Shown: positions 17,028 to 24,891 of the stretch, piece after piece
Numbering within the stretch: the first letter of the stretch is position 1
How the letters are laid out: the number at the start of each line of letters is the position of its first letter
Source: Haloquadratum walsbyi C23
Lineage (GTDB): Archaea > Halobacteriota > Halobacteria > Halobacteriales > Haloferacaceae
NCBI RefSeq assembly: GCF_000237865.1
Contig: NC_017457.1
Coordinates: 60,001 to 92,000, forward strand
Direction of reading: 5' to 3'
Length of the DNA: 32,000 bases
Program-made: the position numbers and the translations under genes
The notes under the pieces: generated by a model
Told to the model about the DNA's origin: nothing
Databases searched by the model: none
Seen by the model: only the letters and a program-made list of their open reading frames with translations

Positions 17028-17228
17028 ATGGTGATGAATATGGACTTACCTGTCAAATACGGCACAGCCGCTATTATTAGGGTGCTTGCCATACTCGGCG
17101 TGGCGATGTTTGATGATGTCGGTATCCCTCTTGATCCTGAATTGCTTATTGTAACCATCGGTGTCATTCCACTGTATATTTTATATCGGATCGGTCGCTG
17201 GGTAGTGGGTCTTATACAATCACCATGA
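17028..17228 (+). CDS. small predicted membrane protein (two hydrophobic helices)
   Basis: 66 aa. AAIIRVLAILGVAMF and LLIVTIGVIPLYILY are hydrophobic stretches separated by an acidic loop. The antisense 93-aa ORF looks less protein-like. The start is uncertain (ATGs at 17028, 17034, 17040). Confidence 0.45.
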   Translation: MVMNMDLPVKYGTAAIIRVLAILGVAMFDDVGIPLDPELLIVTIGVIPLYILYRIGRWVVGLIQSP

Positions 17229-17644
17229 GTGATAATCACATCTGCACAGGCGACGTCTCTGATTTTCTTATTCTTATTAACTGTCACGATCCCGGTTTAC
17301 ATCTCGAAAACGGGGTGTTCAATCTGATATGTCTATTATGGAAATAAAATAATAAACGCAGTCATGCGATTATTTATCAACTGAGTGACTACTGTCCTGA
17401 CACAACTAACTCACTGTAACTGTGTGCGTACGATCTTTGCTATGTATCCAGCGTATGATATTTTTTATCGAGATAGTATCAGTAAAGATGCCAATGTTCT
17501 CAGATCGGTATCTGCTGTTCTAATCAACTGCAGACAGACAGCGAAAGCGACAGCACTCGTAGTTTTTTATTCTCCCGACTAAATTTCAATTTGATACTTA
17601 CAACCGCTAGAAATATTCTTGTCTCTGTGTCAGAACAGGAGCGT

Positions 17645-17875
17645 ATGGGATTATTGGATAATTTCACTGGTGACGACACAGAGCTAATCGACGTGCAAAA
17701 ATACGATGTGTCAACGACAATGAATTTGATGCGCATTATCGACTGGGAAGCTCAAGTTATATTATATACAGATACAACACGGGAAGGTTATACGAGCGTC
17801 CCGTTTTCTGAGGCTAATATTAGTGCCGATGACGCTCCTGAGAATGTGAAACGAATTCTTGATTCACAGAAGTAA
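17645..17875 (+). CDS. hypothetical small acidic protein
   Basis: The track ORF begins at an alternative start (17591). The first ATG at 17645 gives MGLLDNFTGDDTELIDVQKYD..., which has an acidic, haloarchaeal-like composition. No family recognised. Confidence 0.45.
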   Translation: MGLLDNFTGDDTELIDVQKYDVSTTMNLMRIIDWEAQVILYTDTTREGYTSVPFSEANISADDAPENVKRILDSQK

Positions 17876-17984
17876 TATTCAAATTTACGTTTTAATTATC
17901 TGATCGTACACTTGCTCGGCGGTTTGAATCCAGCATGGTGAAGCGTCACTTTTCGATGAGAAACGTAACTGCCCCTCCAATAAC

Positions 17985-18458
17985 TTAATTGGGGATAATC
18001 ATCAGAGTAGTGAGTTTAATAAATTTCCACAGTTCAATCGGGGCACTATCGGGACTGCCTGAGCTTGCACCACCACTTCCGTCGATTATAAGCGAGAATC
18101 CAATCAAAAGGATTACACTAACGACAATTCCAAACACTGCAAACCCAATAGCATTAGCGGTACTACTATTGATACACCGTTGTCCAATACCGTAAGAGCC
18201 CCTTCCTGCAGTTGCATATCTAACAAAGGCTGCAATTAGTGGACCACTGAGCACTGCAAATGAGAGGATTATAATCGAAATAACGCCAGTAATTATTCCA
18301 CCGGATATGCCCTCCCCTCCGGCAAATTGTAATAGGAGGATGATGGCAAGAAGTCCAAACCCGACACCGATAACGAAATAAAATTGAATAGTTCGGATAA
18401 TCAGTGGAATGTCGATGCCAAGAGCATCGCCTCCTCTAAATTCGGTTTTAAAAGGCAT
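17985..18458 (-). CDS. multi-pass membrane protein, Gly-rich
   Basis: It has several long hydrophobic segments (FYFVIGVGFGLLAIILLLQF, GGIITGVISIIILSFAVLSGPLIAAF, AIGFAVFGIVVSVILLIGFSLII). The track start is 18521; the internal ATG at 18458 (MPFKTEF) is an alternative. It lies in tandem with the upstream minus-strand gene. Confidence 0.6.
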   Translation of the reverse strand: MPFKTEFRGGDALGIDIPLIIRTIQFYFVIGVGFGLLAIILLLQFAGGEGISGGIITGVISIIILSFAVLSGPLIAAFVRYATAGRGSYGIGQRCINSSTANAIGFAVFGIVVSVILLIGFSLIIDGSGGASSGSPDSAPIELWKFIKLTTLMIIPN

Positions 18459-18566
18459 ACCGAGTGATCTTATGTAAAATATTGTCTTGTTGAACCCCGG
18501 CTTTGTTACATAAGATAACATCGCTGAGAGAACGCTGCTAGTGTTGTATTTGCGTTTCTGGCGGGG

Positions 18567-19091
18567 TTAACTCCATTTGGGGTCTTCTTCATAGTCGTCT
18601 AAGCTAAAATATGACTCTTTACTTTTCTTAGATATTGTGCCATCCGAAGCGGATTTGTAGTTACTTTTAGAATCACCATCATTATGATCCCCATCCATTC
18701 CATTTTGCTCGTCAGGTTCTGCATTTATTTTCTGCTCCACCTGATTCACAATATCAGGCTCTACATCGGTTGCATCTTCGAGATATTGCATTAGTGAATC
18801 AGCCTCAGTTTCAGAGAGTTCTGGAAGAGAATCTGGTGAGAGTTCTGGGGCAGATTGGTCCTGTGGCTTGACTCCAGTTCCGTGAGTGTAGACTTCTCCT
18901 GCTGTCTTCAGCGGATTAATTAGCCCCCACGGAAGATCCTCGCTGTCGGAGTATCCGAGATCAGCAATGAACTCTTCAGTTTGAGAGGTCACTTGATATG
19001 TAACATGTCCAAGATTAGAGAGGCGTGCCTGGATATAATATCCACTGTTGTCATTATATCTATTGAGTGTTGGTGTCATATGATGAATCAC
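18567..19091 (-). CDS. hypothetical acidic protein
   Basis: 174 aa with a strongly acidic C-terminal half. It is on the same strand as, and 45 nt upstream of, the membrane protein gene (likely a two-gene operon). No motif recognised. Confidence 0.6.
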   Translation of the reverse strand: MIHHMTPTLNRYNDNSGYYIQARLSNLGHVTYQVTSQTEEFIADLGYSDSEDLPWGLINPLKTAGEVYTHGTGVKPQDQSAPELSPDSLPELSETEADSLMQYLEDATDVEPDIVNQVEQKINAEPDEQNGMDGDHNDGDSKSNYKSASDGTISKKSKESYFSLDDYEEDPKWS

Positions 19092-19260
19092 TCACATGCC
19101 TTGTGAGAAATTACCAAGGTTAATAGTAATTTCGCCCACTCTCGCCTGTCGCAACTATTCGGTAGCGTAATAATAACCGAAGTGCGTCAGTTTTTGCAGG
19201 ACTATTCAGTTTCACTCCGCCCACAGAAACAGTTAGTATTTACATATCGTTGTCATTTTT

Positions 19261-19449
19261 ATGCCAGGCTCGGTGAATCTTGGTGATCTACCAAGTTGGA
19301 TACTGGTGATACTGATAGGATTAGGTATTTCAGTGGCGATTTCTAACGGGATGCTCGTTGGATATGGTCGTATTGCTCGTTTGATGATTCTCGGTGGAGT
19401 CATCTTAGGTGCAGTTTATTTCGTTATAGACCTATCAAACAAGCTCTAA
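19261..19449 (+). CDS. small predicted membrane protein
   Basis: 62 aa with two hydrophobic helices (WILVILIGLGISVAI, LMILGGVILGAVYFVI). Confidence 0.5.
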   Translation: MPGSVNLGDLPSWILVILIGLGISVAISNGMLVGYGRIARLMILGGVILGAVYFVIDLSNKL

Positions 19450-19569
19450 ATTTCTGAGGCGTCAGACATCGACCCCTCATTTTATTTCCACGTTGACAGA
19501 TATAGTGTACACTCGTTGTATCAACGGCGAAAGGGACAGTGTTGCAAGCACTGCCCTAACTACATGAAA

Positions 19570-20238
19570 ATGTCAGTAAACATTGACGGAGATTCAATAT
19601 CTCCATCGTCAAGTTGTACCACCGACGTTATTAAACAATTGATTTCTAAGATTCATGAGCAACATCAAACCATAGACAGTCTTGAATCTGAAATATCTGA
19701 TATTCGTGATCAGTTAGCAACTCGTGCCAAGTCAGATGCAATCGATAAAAAACAGATCTCTGAACAAGAAGAACGGATATCAGAACTCGAGGACAAAACA
19801 GACGACTCAGAGACGTCTAAGGACCAGTCTTCCACCTCTGACTCCGAGGGTGAGGACACGAACACGCAATCAACGGCTCTCGAACAAGTCGTTGCTCTTC
19901 CAGACGACGTTGCTACTGAGAATCTTACTTCTAATCAGAAACGGGCGAGGTCAATCGCTCGTCGGATTGATGAGTATGGCAAGTCTGTGCCAGCAGGTAT
20001 CGCAATCACGTCAACTCGGATCCGAGACATTCTCTCAGGGCTGGAGGATAAGAGAATTCACAGGCAGACAGTCCAACGAGTCGCAGACTTCTTGAAACGA
20101 TTTGGAGACTGTGAGATTGACACGAAGGAGACACGTGGAGGCAAGGACGTGGTAGTGTTCTCTGAATCAGTTGTCGAAGATATCACGAGTGTTGTGACGG
20201 GCACCAAGGATCTCGGTGTGACTCCAGCAATCATATAG
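19570..20238 (+). CDS. coiled-coil protein with C-terminal wHTH-like domain
   Basis: The start is placed at the ATG (MSVNIDGDSISPSS) that aligns with the start of the truncated paralogue at 22950. The sequence upstream is conserved between the two copies at nucleotide level, but with a 2-nt length difference, so it is non-coding. The C-terminal region KRARSIARRIDEYGKSVPAGIAITSTRIRDILSGLEDKRIHRQTVQRVADFLKRFG looks like a DNA-binding wHTH. Confidence 0.65.
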   Translation: MSVNIDGDSISPSSSCTTDVIKQLISKIHEQHQTIDSLESEISDIRDQLATRAKSDAIDKKQISEQEERISELEDKTDDSETSKDQSSTSDSEGEDTNTQSTALEQVVALPDDVATENLTSNQKRARSIARRIDEYGKSVPAGIAITSTRIRDILSGLEDKRIHRQTVQRVADFLKRFGDCEIDTKETRGGKDVVVFSESVVEDITSVVTGTKDLGVTPAII

Positions 20239-20527
20239 TCATAGTCGCACTCACTGGCAAGGAATAGTATTACACAATCAACATGTCAGCCTTTGTCTAT
20301 ACTAGCAAGTGAAGGAAGAACCTCTTTTATTCAGTAGTGTTTTGACTGAATGAAACGAGTTTGCTGAACAGGTGGAAAATTCAGCCATCACAACGAGTGT
20401 GACGCTGTCTCGAGTATCGTGCTGCTTGATCTCGGTCATTGTGTGATGACGAGCTTTTATGATGTCTTCTAGAGGATTCATTTCTGCTGTGGCTCCATTC
20501 GCCTCATTCAAGAAAGTATCACGGAGT

Positions 20528-20566
20528 AATTGGCAATGAGATGCCAACTATATCATTTCCACGAGA
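20528..20566 (+). repeat. direct repeat, left copy (AATTGGCAATGAGATGCCAACTATATCATTTCCACGAGA)
   Basis: It matches 21602-21641 with one indel and one substitution. It lies about 55 nt upstream of the lipoprotein start codon. Confidence 0.9.
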
Positions 20567-20585
20567 CTGATACTCAGTGCATATG

Positions 20586-20608
20586 TTTATATAAATCAAT
20601 TTATATTA
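20586..20608 (+). promoter_or_regulatory. TATA-like boxes upstream of the lipoprotein gene
   Basis: TTTATATAAA at 20586-20595, centred about 30 nt upstream of ATG 20621, is consistent with a leaderless or short-leader archaeal promoter. A second box, TTTATATTA, follows. Position-based call only. Confidence 0.4.
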
Positions 20609-20620
20609 TGTGATTGTCAT

Positions 20621-21520
20621 ATGCCTTCACGTCGTAACCTGCTGAAGATTGGAGCATCAACGTGTACTGCAACAATTATTGCTGGATGTTTTGGTGGTGA
20701 TAGTGACTCTGAAGACACCAGTACAAATGTCCCTGAAGAAACGCCATCAGAGGAGGAGACACCAACAGAGACAGACACTCCTGAGGATGTTTCTTTATTT
20801 GCTGACTACGGGATCAATGAAACTGGCTTCACTGTGGAACTCACACAAAGTGCTTTGGGAGAGGTAGCACAGATTCAGCTTGAGACACCATCTGAGGAGA
20901 GAATAATTGAAATACAAGAAACTATCACAGAGTATACATTTGAAATAGTATCTGACAGAGCAGGTGTTTGGTCACTCACCGCTCTCACCAGCAATGATGA
21001 TGCTGTTGAAACAGTAGAAGTAGAGATTACATTTGAAGCATCCGTAGAGGAGATTGGAACCTTAGCTCAGCTTGGAATTACAGGAGAATCTCCCGAGTAC
21101 GAGCAAGTGCACATGCAAATGACGATTATAAATGATGGCGATGTTCCTCTCGAACCAGACCAAGACAAGATTGAGTTAGTCGTACCAGGTCTTAATATCG
21201 ACGTACCCACTTTTGATGCAGATACCTCATTCAGCGCAGAGGATGAGGACGATATTATCACATCTGGAAATGATGGTATATATACAACCGCCACTGACTC
21301 ACTGATCAGAGCACCATTTACTTTAGAAACGTATAATCTTCCAGATGGGGTCGACCGGGATGACCCCGTAGGTGAGTCATTTCAGGGTCAAATTAAGATT
21401 GTTTATGAGGCAGAAAGAGAGGACACTACGGTTCCAATAGATGTTATTATGGGTGATAATGTGATGGAATTTAATTCTACATCTGTATATTATGAAGGGA
21501 CAGAGGTAAAGAAAAGATAA
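20621..21520 (+). CDS. secreted Tat-type lipoprotein, acidic, function unknown
   Basis: The N-terminus MPSRRNLLKIGASTCTATIIAGCFGG carries a twin-arginine motif (SRRNLLK), a hydrophobic core and a lipobox cysteine (AGC). A Thr/Glu/Pro-rich linker follows, then an acidic body. Confidence 0.8.
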   Translation: MPSRRNLLKIGASTCTATIIAGCFGGDSDSEDTSTNVPEETPSEEETPTETDTPEDVSLFADYGINETGFTVELTQSALGEVAQIQLETPSEERIIEIQETITEYTFEIVSDRAGVWSLTALTSNDDAVETVEVEITFEASVEEIGTLAQLGITGESPEYEQVHMQMTIINDGDVPLEPDQDKIELVVPGLNIDVPTFDADTSFSAEDEDDIITSGNDGIYTTATDSLIRAPFTLETYNLPDGVDRDDPVGESFQGQIKIVYEAEREDTTVPIDVIMGDNVMEFNSTSVYYEGTEVKKR

Positions 21521-21601
21521 GATGCGGAACTGAGCCGACCTGCCATTTAGATTCATGTTATACTGTCCATGGGCAAGAAGAGAGGCTCGTGGAATCGCTC
21601 A

Positions 21602-21641
21602 AATTGGCAGATGAAATGCCAACTATATCATTTCCACGAGA
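21602..21641 (+). repeat. direct repeat, right copy (AATTGGCAGATGAAATGCCAACTATATCATTTCCACGAGA)
   Basis: See the left copy. It lies 81 nt downstream of the lipoprotein stop codon. Confidence 0.9.
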
Positions 21642-21943
21642 TAGATTAACGATCCATGTTAACGGTGATTCGACAGATTGGCGATATGTGAACAGTATGG
21701 AGTAACCCGCTGGAAGGGCGGTCTTAGCACAACTGCCGGGGATTGTGTGTAGAGAAAATACAAAGCCTGTTTTCGCACATCGGACGGTTGTTTGAATATG
21801 CAATTTTCAGAGATTGCCCCGTCACATCTCGTCATATCCCATCACGTTGACCCTGTGTTTAGAAACGATATTGAATACTGAACCGTTGAGTTACCTCACA
21901 GATACGGTAATCTCGGCACCATGTGCAAAAATTGAGACCAAAT

Positions 21944-22480
21944 CTATTCGCAGGATTTGACGGCAGTATCGGAACGCTTGGCTTGCTCTTGCCTGACTGC
22001 CGAAGCCATTTCTGTTGCATTTCGAGAGCTGAGTCTCACTTCTGTGCCATCGGTTCTCTCTATGTGTACCGTCCCCTCTATGTCTCCCCCAACGTACCGA
22101 TGTTTATCAACCAAGATATCATCCGATAAGTCGCTCAAAGTGAGTAGAAGCGGGATAGCGTATCGGTACATCGGGCTGACATACTCTTCCATCAAGTTCT
22201 GAGTAGGGTTCTCCTCCACAGACTCGATCTCGGCATAATCAACGAGCTTAGTTCTCACAATCCCGATCGGCAGTTGAACGATGTCTTTGTACACACCATC
22301 ATCTTCCACGGTAATTTGAAATGTGAGAGACTTCAGCATAATCACGCATAGGACACAGACGAGTAGCAAGGAGATGCCTAATCTCAATGAGAATAGAAAA
22401 GTAACCACAGTCGGGGCTACGAATATGGCGAGGAGCTTGTACGCCGTTCGATTTTGCATCCTGAACCGTTCAGAGTACAT
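21944..22480 (-). CDS. membrane-anchored hypothetical protein
   Basis: Two N-terminal hydrophobic helices (LLAIFVAPTVVTFLFSL, ISLLLVCVLCVIML) precede a soluble domain. The track start is a GTG at 22504; ATGs at 22480 and 22459 are alternatives. Confidence 0.6.
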   Translation of the reverse strand: MYSERFRMQNRTAYKLLAIFVAPTVVTFLFSLRLGISLLLVCVLCVIMLKSLTFQITVEDDGVYKDIVQLPIGIVRTKLVDYAEIESVEENPTQNLMEEYVSPMYRYAIPLLLTLSDLSDDILVDKHRYVGGDIEGTVHIERTDGTEVRLSSRNATEMASAVRQEQAKRSDTAVKSCE

Positions 22481-22584
22481 ATGTCCTGAGTAGCCTACTG
22501 ACACAATAGTGACGAGTCGTGGGTTGTCTGTTTGTGGTTGTTTAACTTGTGGTCAGTGTTGGTTCGTTGTTTTATTATACTAAC

Positions 22585-22776
22585 TCAGTACGGATTCCAG
22601 AAGTACACTAACCCACCATACAAGACTGCATTCACGCCTGCCAGTGAGAGTGCTGAAAGGAGGCTTCTGTCGGTGAACAGATACCCGCATACGAAAATGA
22701 TCACGAACCAGAGGAGACCCTGCACAATCGGACTCTGTCCGAGTGACTGAATATCTGTGTCGACGAAGGACATCAA
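22585..22776 (-). CDS. small predicted membrane protein
   Basis: 63 aa with two hydrophobic helices (GLLWFVIIFVCGYLF, LSLAGVNAVLYGGLVYF). I prefer it over the overlapping 104-aa minus-strand frame, which is Arg/Ser-rich and lacks structure-like patterning. Confidence 0.45.
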   Translation of the reverse strand: MMSFVDTDIQSLGQSPIVQGLLWFVIIFVCGYLFTDRSLLSALSLAGVNAVLYGGLVYFWNPY

Positions 22777-22949
22777 TTGTCGAGTTGGATTCGTCGAATA
22801 AAACGTCCGTTGAGACTCTCTCAGTCAGTAATTCATTTGTTATCATAGACGCAGGAATAACTTCAATTATGATGTTGAAAAGTAGTGTTGACACTCGCTG
22901 TTATCAAACGGCGATGGACAGTGTAAGCGCACTTTCCTCAAAAGATACC

Positions 22950-23129
22950 ATGATTGGAATTGAAGAGGATTCAATCTCCCCGTCGTCAGGTAGCGTAGAG
23001 AAGATAATTAATCAATTAGTCGAGACTATTCACGAGCTGCAAGACAGTCTGTCGGAAGTTCGTATCGGCTTAAAGAATCTGTTGAAGTCAAATTTGTGCG
23101 TTCTTAACCGAGTTTGGCGTCTAATATGA
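22950..23129 (+). pseudogene. truncated paralogue of the 19570-20238 gene (5' end only)
   Basis: MIGIEEDSISPSSGSVEKIINQLVETIHELQDSLSEV parallels MSVNIDGDSISPSSSCTTDVIKQLISKIHEQHQTIDSLESEI. It then diverges and stops after 59 codons. The upstream ~70 nt are also conserved with the 19.5-kb copy. Confidence 0.55.
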
Positions 23130-23420
23130 AATACTCAAAATTTAATCAGTATTCCTCTTGATCAGAGTTATCCGAGTCAGTATTGATTCTTCTATCTGAT
23201 TGATAACGCTCTGCCCTGCCTTTGTTGTGCTCGTCGATATTAATTAGATAGTCCGGAAATCAGTGTTCTCACAGCTGTATATCAGGTGAGGTATCGTCTG
23301 AGTGACCAATATTAATTCACCGGGGACAGGTGCTCCTGATCAACGAGACAATAATCACTCATATCGTCTTGTTTGCGGGCTGTCTGGACAGTCGTTTTTG
23401 AAGCCCACCCGATTATCTGG

Positions 23421-23483
23421 ATGTAATTTTGTTTTTACCTTATGTAACAATCTGCTTTCACCCCGTTCAATTATTACATAAGG
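23421..23483 (+). repeat. copy 3 of the ~65-bp element: ATGTAATTTTGTTTTTA, then CCTTATGTAACA, 22 nt, TATTACATAAGG
   Basis: Arms at 23438-23449 and 23472-23483 pair at 11 of 12 positions, with a 22-nt spacer. Same orientation as copies 1 and 2. Confidence 0.85.
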
Positions 23484-23840
23484 TTCAGATCAATTAGTTT
23501 TTTGAAATTGTGATTTTTGCATTCAGTACACCGTCCGTATTTAATCGTCGAGGACAAACTCCGTGCTGTTTTCTTCACTCCTCGCTCACTACTTTTTCGT
23601 GATAACATACGCTTGACAGACGGGAGGTGTGGAGAACAGGATAATTAAAAAATTTCACATACTGACGTTTGAATAACAGTGAGACCACGATAGTCTTTAA
23701 GAGGTTTTATTCAACATATCATATGTCTTATGAGAGTAGAAAAATCATATAATAAATGACTCACATACGGAGCACACTACGATTCGAATTGAGTCTGATA
23801 CCACAGCCACAACCGATGATACAGTCATATCAATACTGTC

Positions 23841-24373
23841 ATGATCAAGAAAGAATCCTCAACTCCAAACGGCAAATTATCGCCAGCTGATATCCAACCC
23901 AGCACTAACCTCCCCGATGTCGACCTCTCCGGCATTGATCTTGTCAGCACTGACTTCACGGATATTAATTTCTACGGTGCTGATCTCTCTGATACCAGTC
24001 TCGTGGATGCTAACCTCTCTGCGACCGACCTTTCAAACGCCAGCTTCGATGGTGCCGACCTCTCAGACGTTGACCTTTCAGGTGCCGAACTCTCCGGCGT
24101 GAATCTCACGAGTGCAGATCTTACCGAGGCTGACCTCACTGACGCCAACCTTAGAGAAGCCGAACTCACCGCCGCTGACCTCACGCATATCACTCTTACA
24201 CGTGCCAATCTCTCCTATGCCAAACTCGATAGAGCCAATCTCCGATACGCCTCTCATGGGCTCAGGTAAATAGTGCTGATATCACGGACGCCTGTCTCAT
24301 TGAAGCCGATTTCTGCCACGCTGACCTCTCTTACACCGATCTTGGAAGAACCGATGTTCGGAGCACAAAATGA
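23841..24373 (+). pseudogene. pentapeptide-repeat protein, apparently frameshifted near 24250-24262
   Basis: The 142-aa ORF is a continuous A(D/N)LXX pentapeptide array (ADLSDTSLVDANLSATDLSNASFDGADLSDVDLSGAELSGVNLTSADLTEADLTDANLREAELTAADL...). After its stop, another frame continues the same repeat (AQVNSADITDACLIEADFCHADLSYTDLGRTDVRSTK) to TGA at 24371-24373. Confidence 0.7.
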
Positions 24374-24891
24374 GTACAGTACGATTGTATCAAGTAAAGA
24401 TGGACGAGTGCGAAGAAGGGTATGTCACTGAATCGTATCTCTCTCTACTCGGTGCGTGTGTCCATAGTGACGGTCAGTGGTGAACGGATGACCTCTATGG
24501 AATATTGTCCGTTAGAGTGTATATATAATCTCTCGATGGTTATTGATGCATTCACAAGGAATACCGTGGTTTGATACTAATACTCAATGTTGGCAACAGA
24601 TGTTGATATGAATATCAGTACCTCAGACTTTCTGGAAGAGAGGCAGTGATTTCATCGATTGGCTCTGGTGTGACAGCACGACCTTACGTAACAATTCGTC
24701 TCTCATTTTATCCGATAATAGACAAGATGGTGACATACCAACCTCTCAGAATCTTGAGCCGTCACCTCTCTTTGTCACGTGGAAGAGTATTTACTGATTG
24801 TAGTTTTATTTGTTACTCGACAGGTGCTAGTGGGAAAGCGCTCTCCATCCATGTCGTACGAGATGCTGATAGAACGTAGTCTCAGATAATG

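Noticed and set aside
16746-17034. Overlapping 87-aa minus-strand and 86-aa plus-strand ORFs downstream of palindromic element copy 2. A 15-codon ORF at 16769 with a GGAGGAG-like box was also noticed.
   Set aside because: The two frames are mutually exclusive. Both are basic with low-complexity composition and have no motif, and I cannot choose between them. At best this is a very low-confidence small gene.
17915-17945. GGCGGTTTGAATCCAGC, resembling a tRNA T-arm
   Set aside because: The putative T-stem pairs at only 3 of 5 positions, and no acceptor stem or CCA context follows.
20302-20547. Two 81-aa minus-strand ORFs (20302-20547 and 21558-21803), each overlapping one copy of the 40-bp direct repeat
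   Set aside because: They read the shared repeat in different frames and show no protein similarity to each other. The composition is not acidic. The equal length looks coincidental.
24681-24695. ACCTTACGTAACAAT as a fourth full copy of the palindromic element
   Set aside because: Only the left arm (one mismatch) and two flanking bases match. No right arm occurs 22 nt downstream and the upstream AT-rich box is missing. I kept it only as a possible solo arm in the findings.
24646-24879. 77-aa plus-strand ORF between the pentapeptide gene and the orc1 3' end
   Set aside because: It uses an alternative start codon, is Ser/Arg/Ile-rich, and has no motif or upstream promoter-like box.
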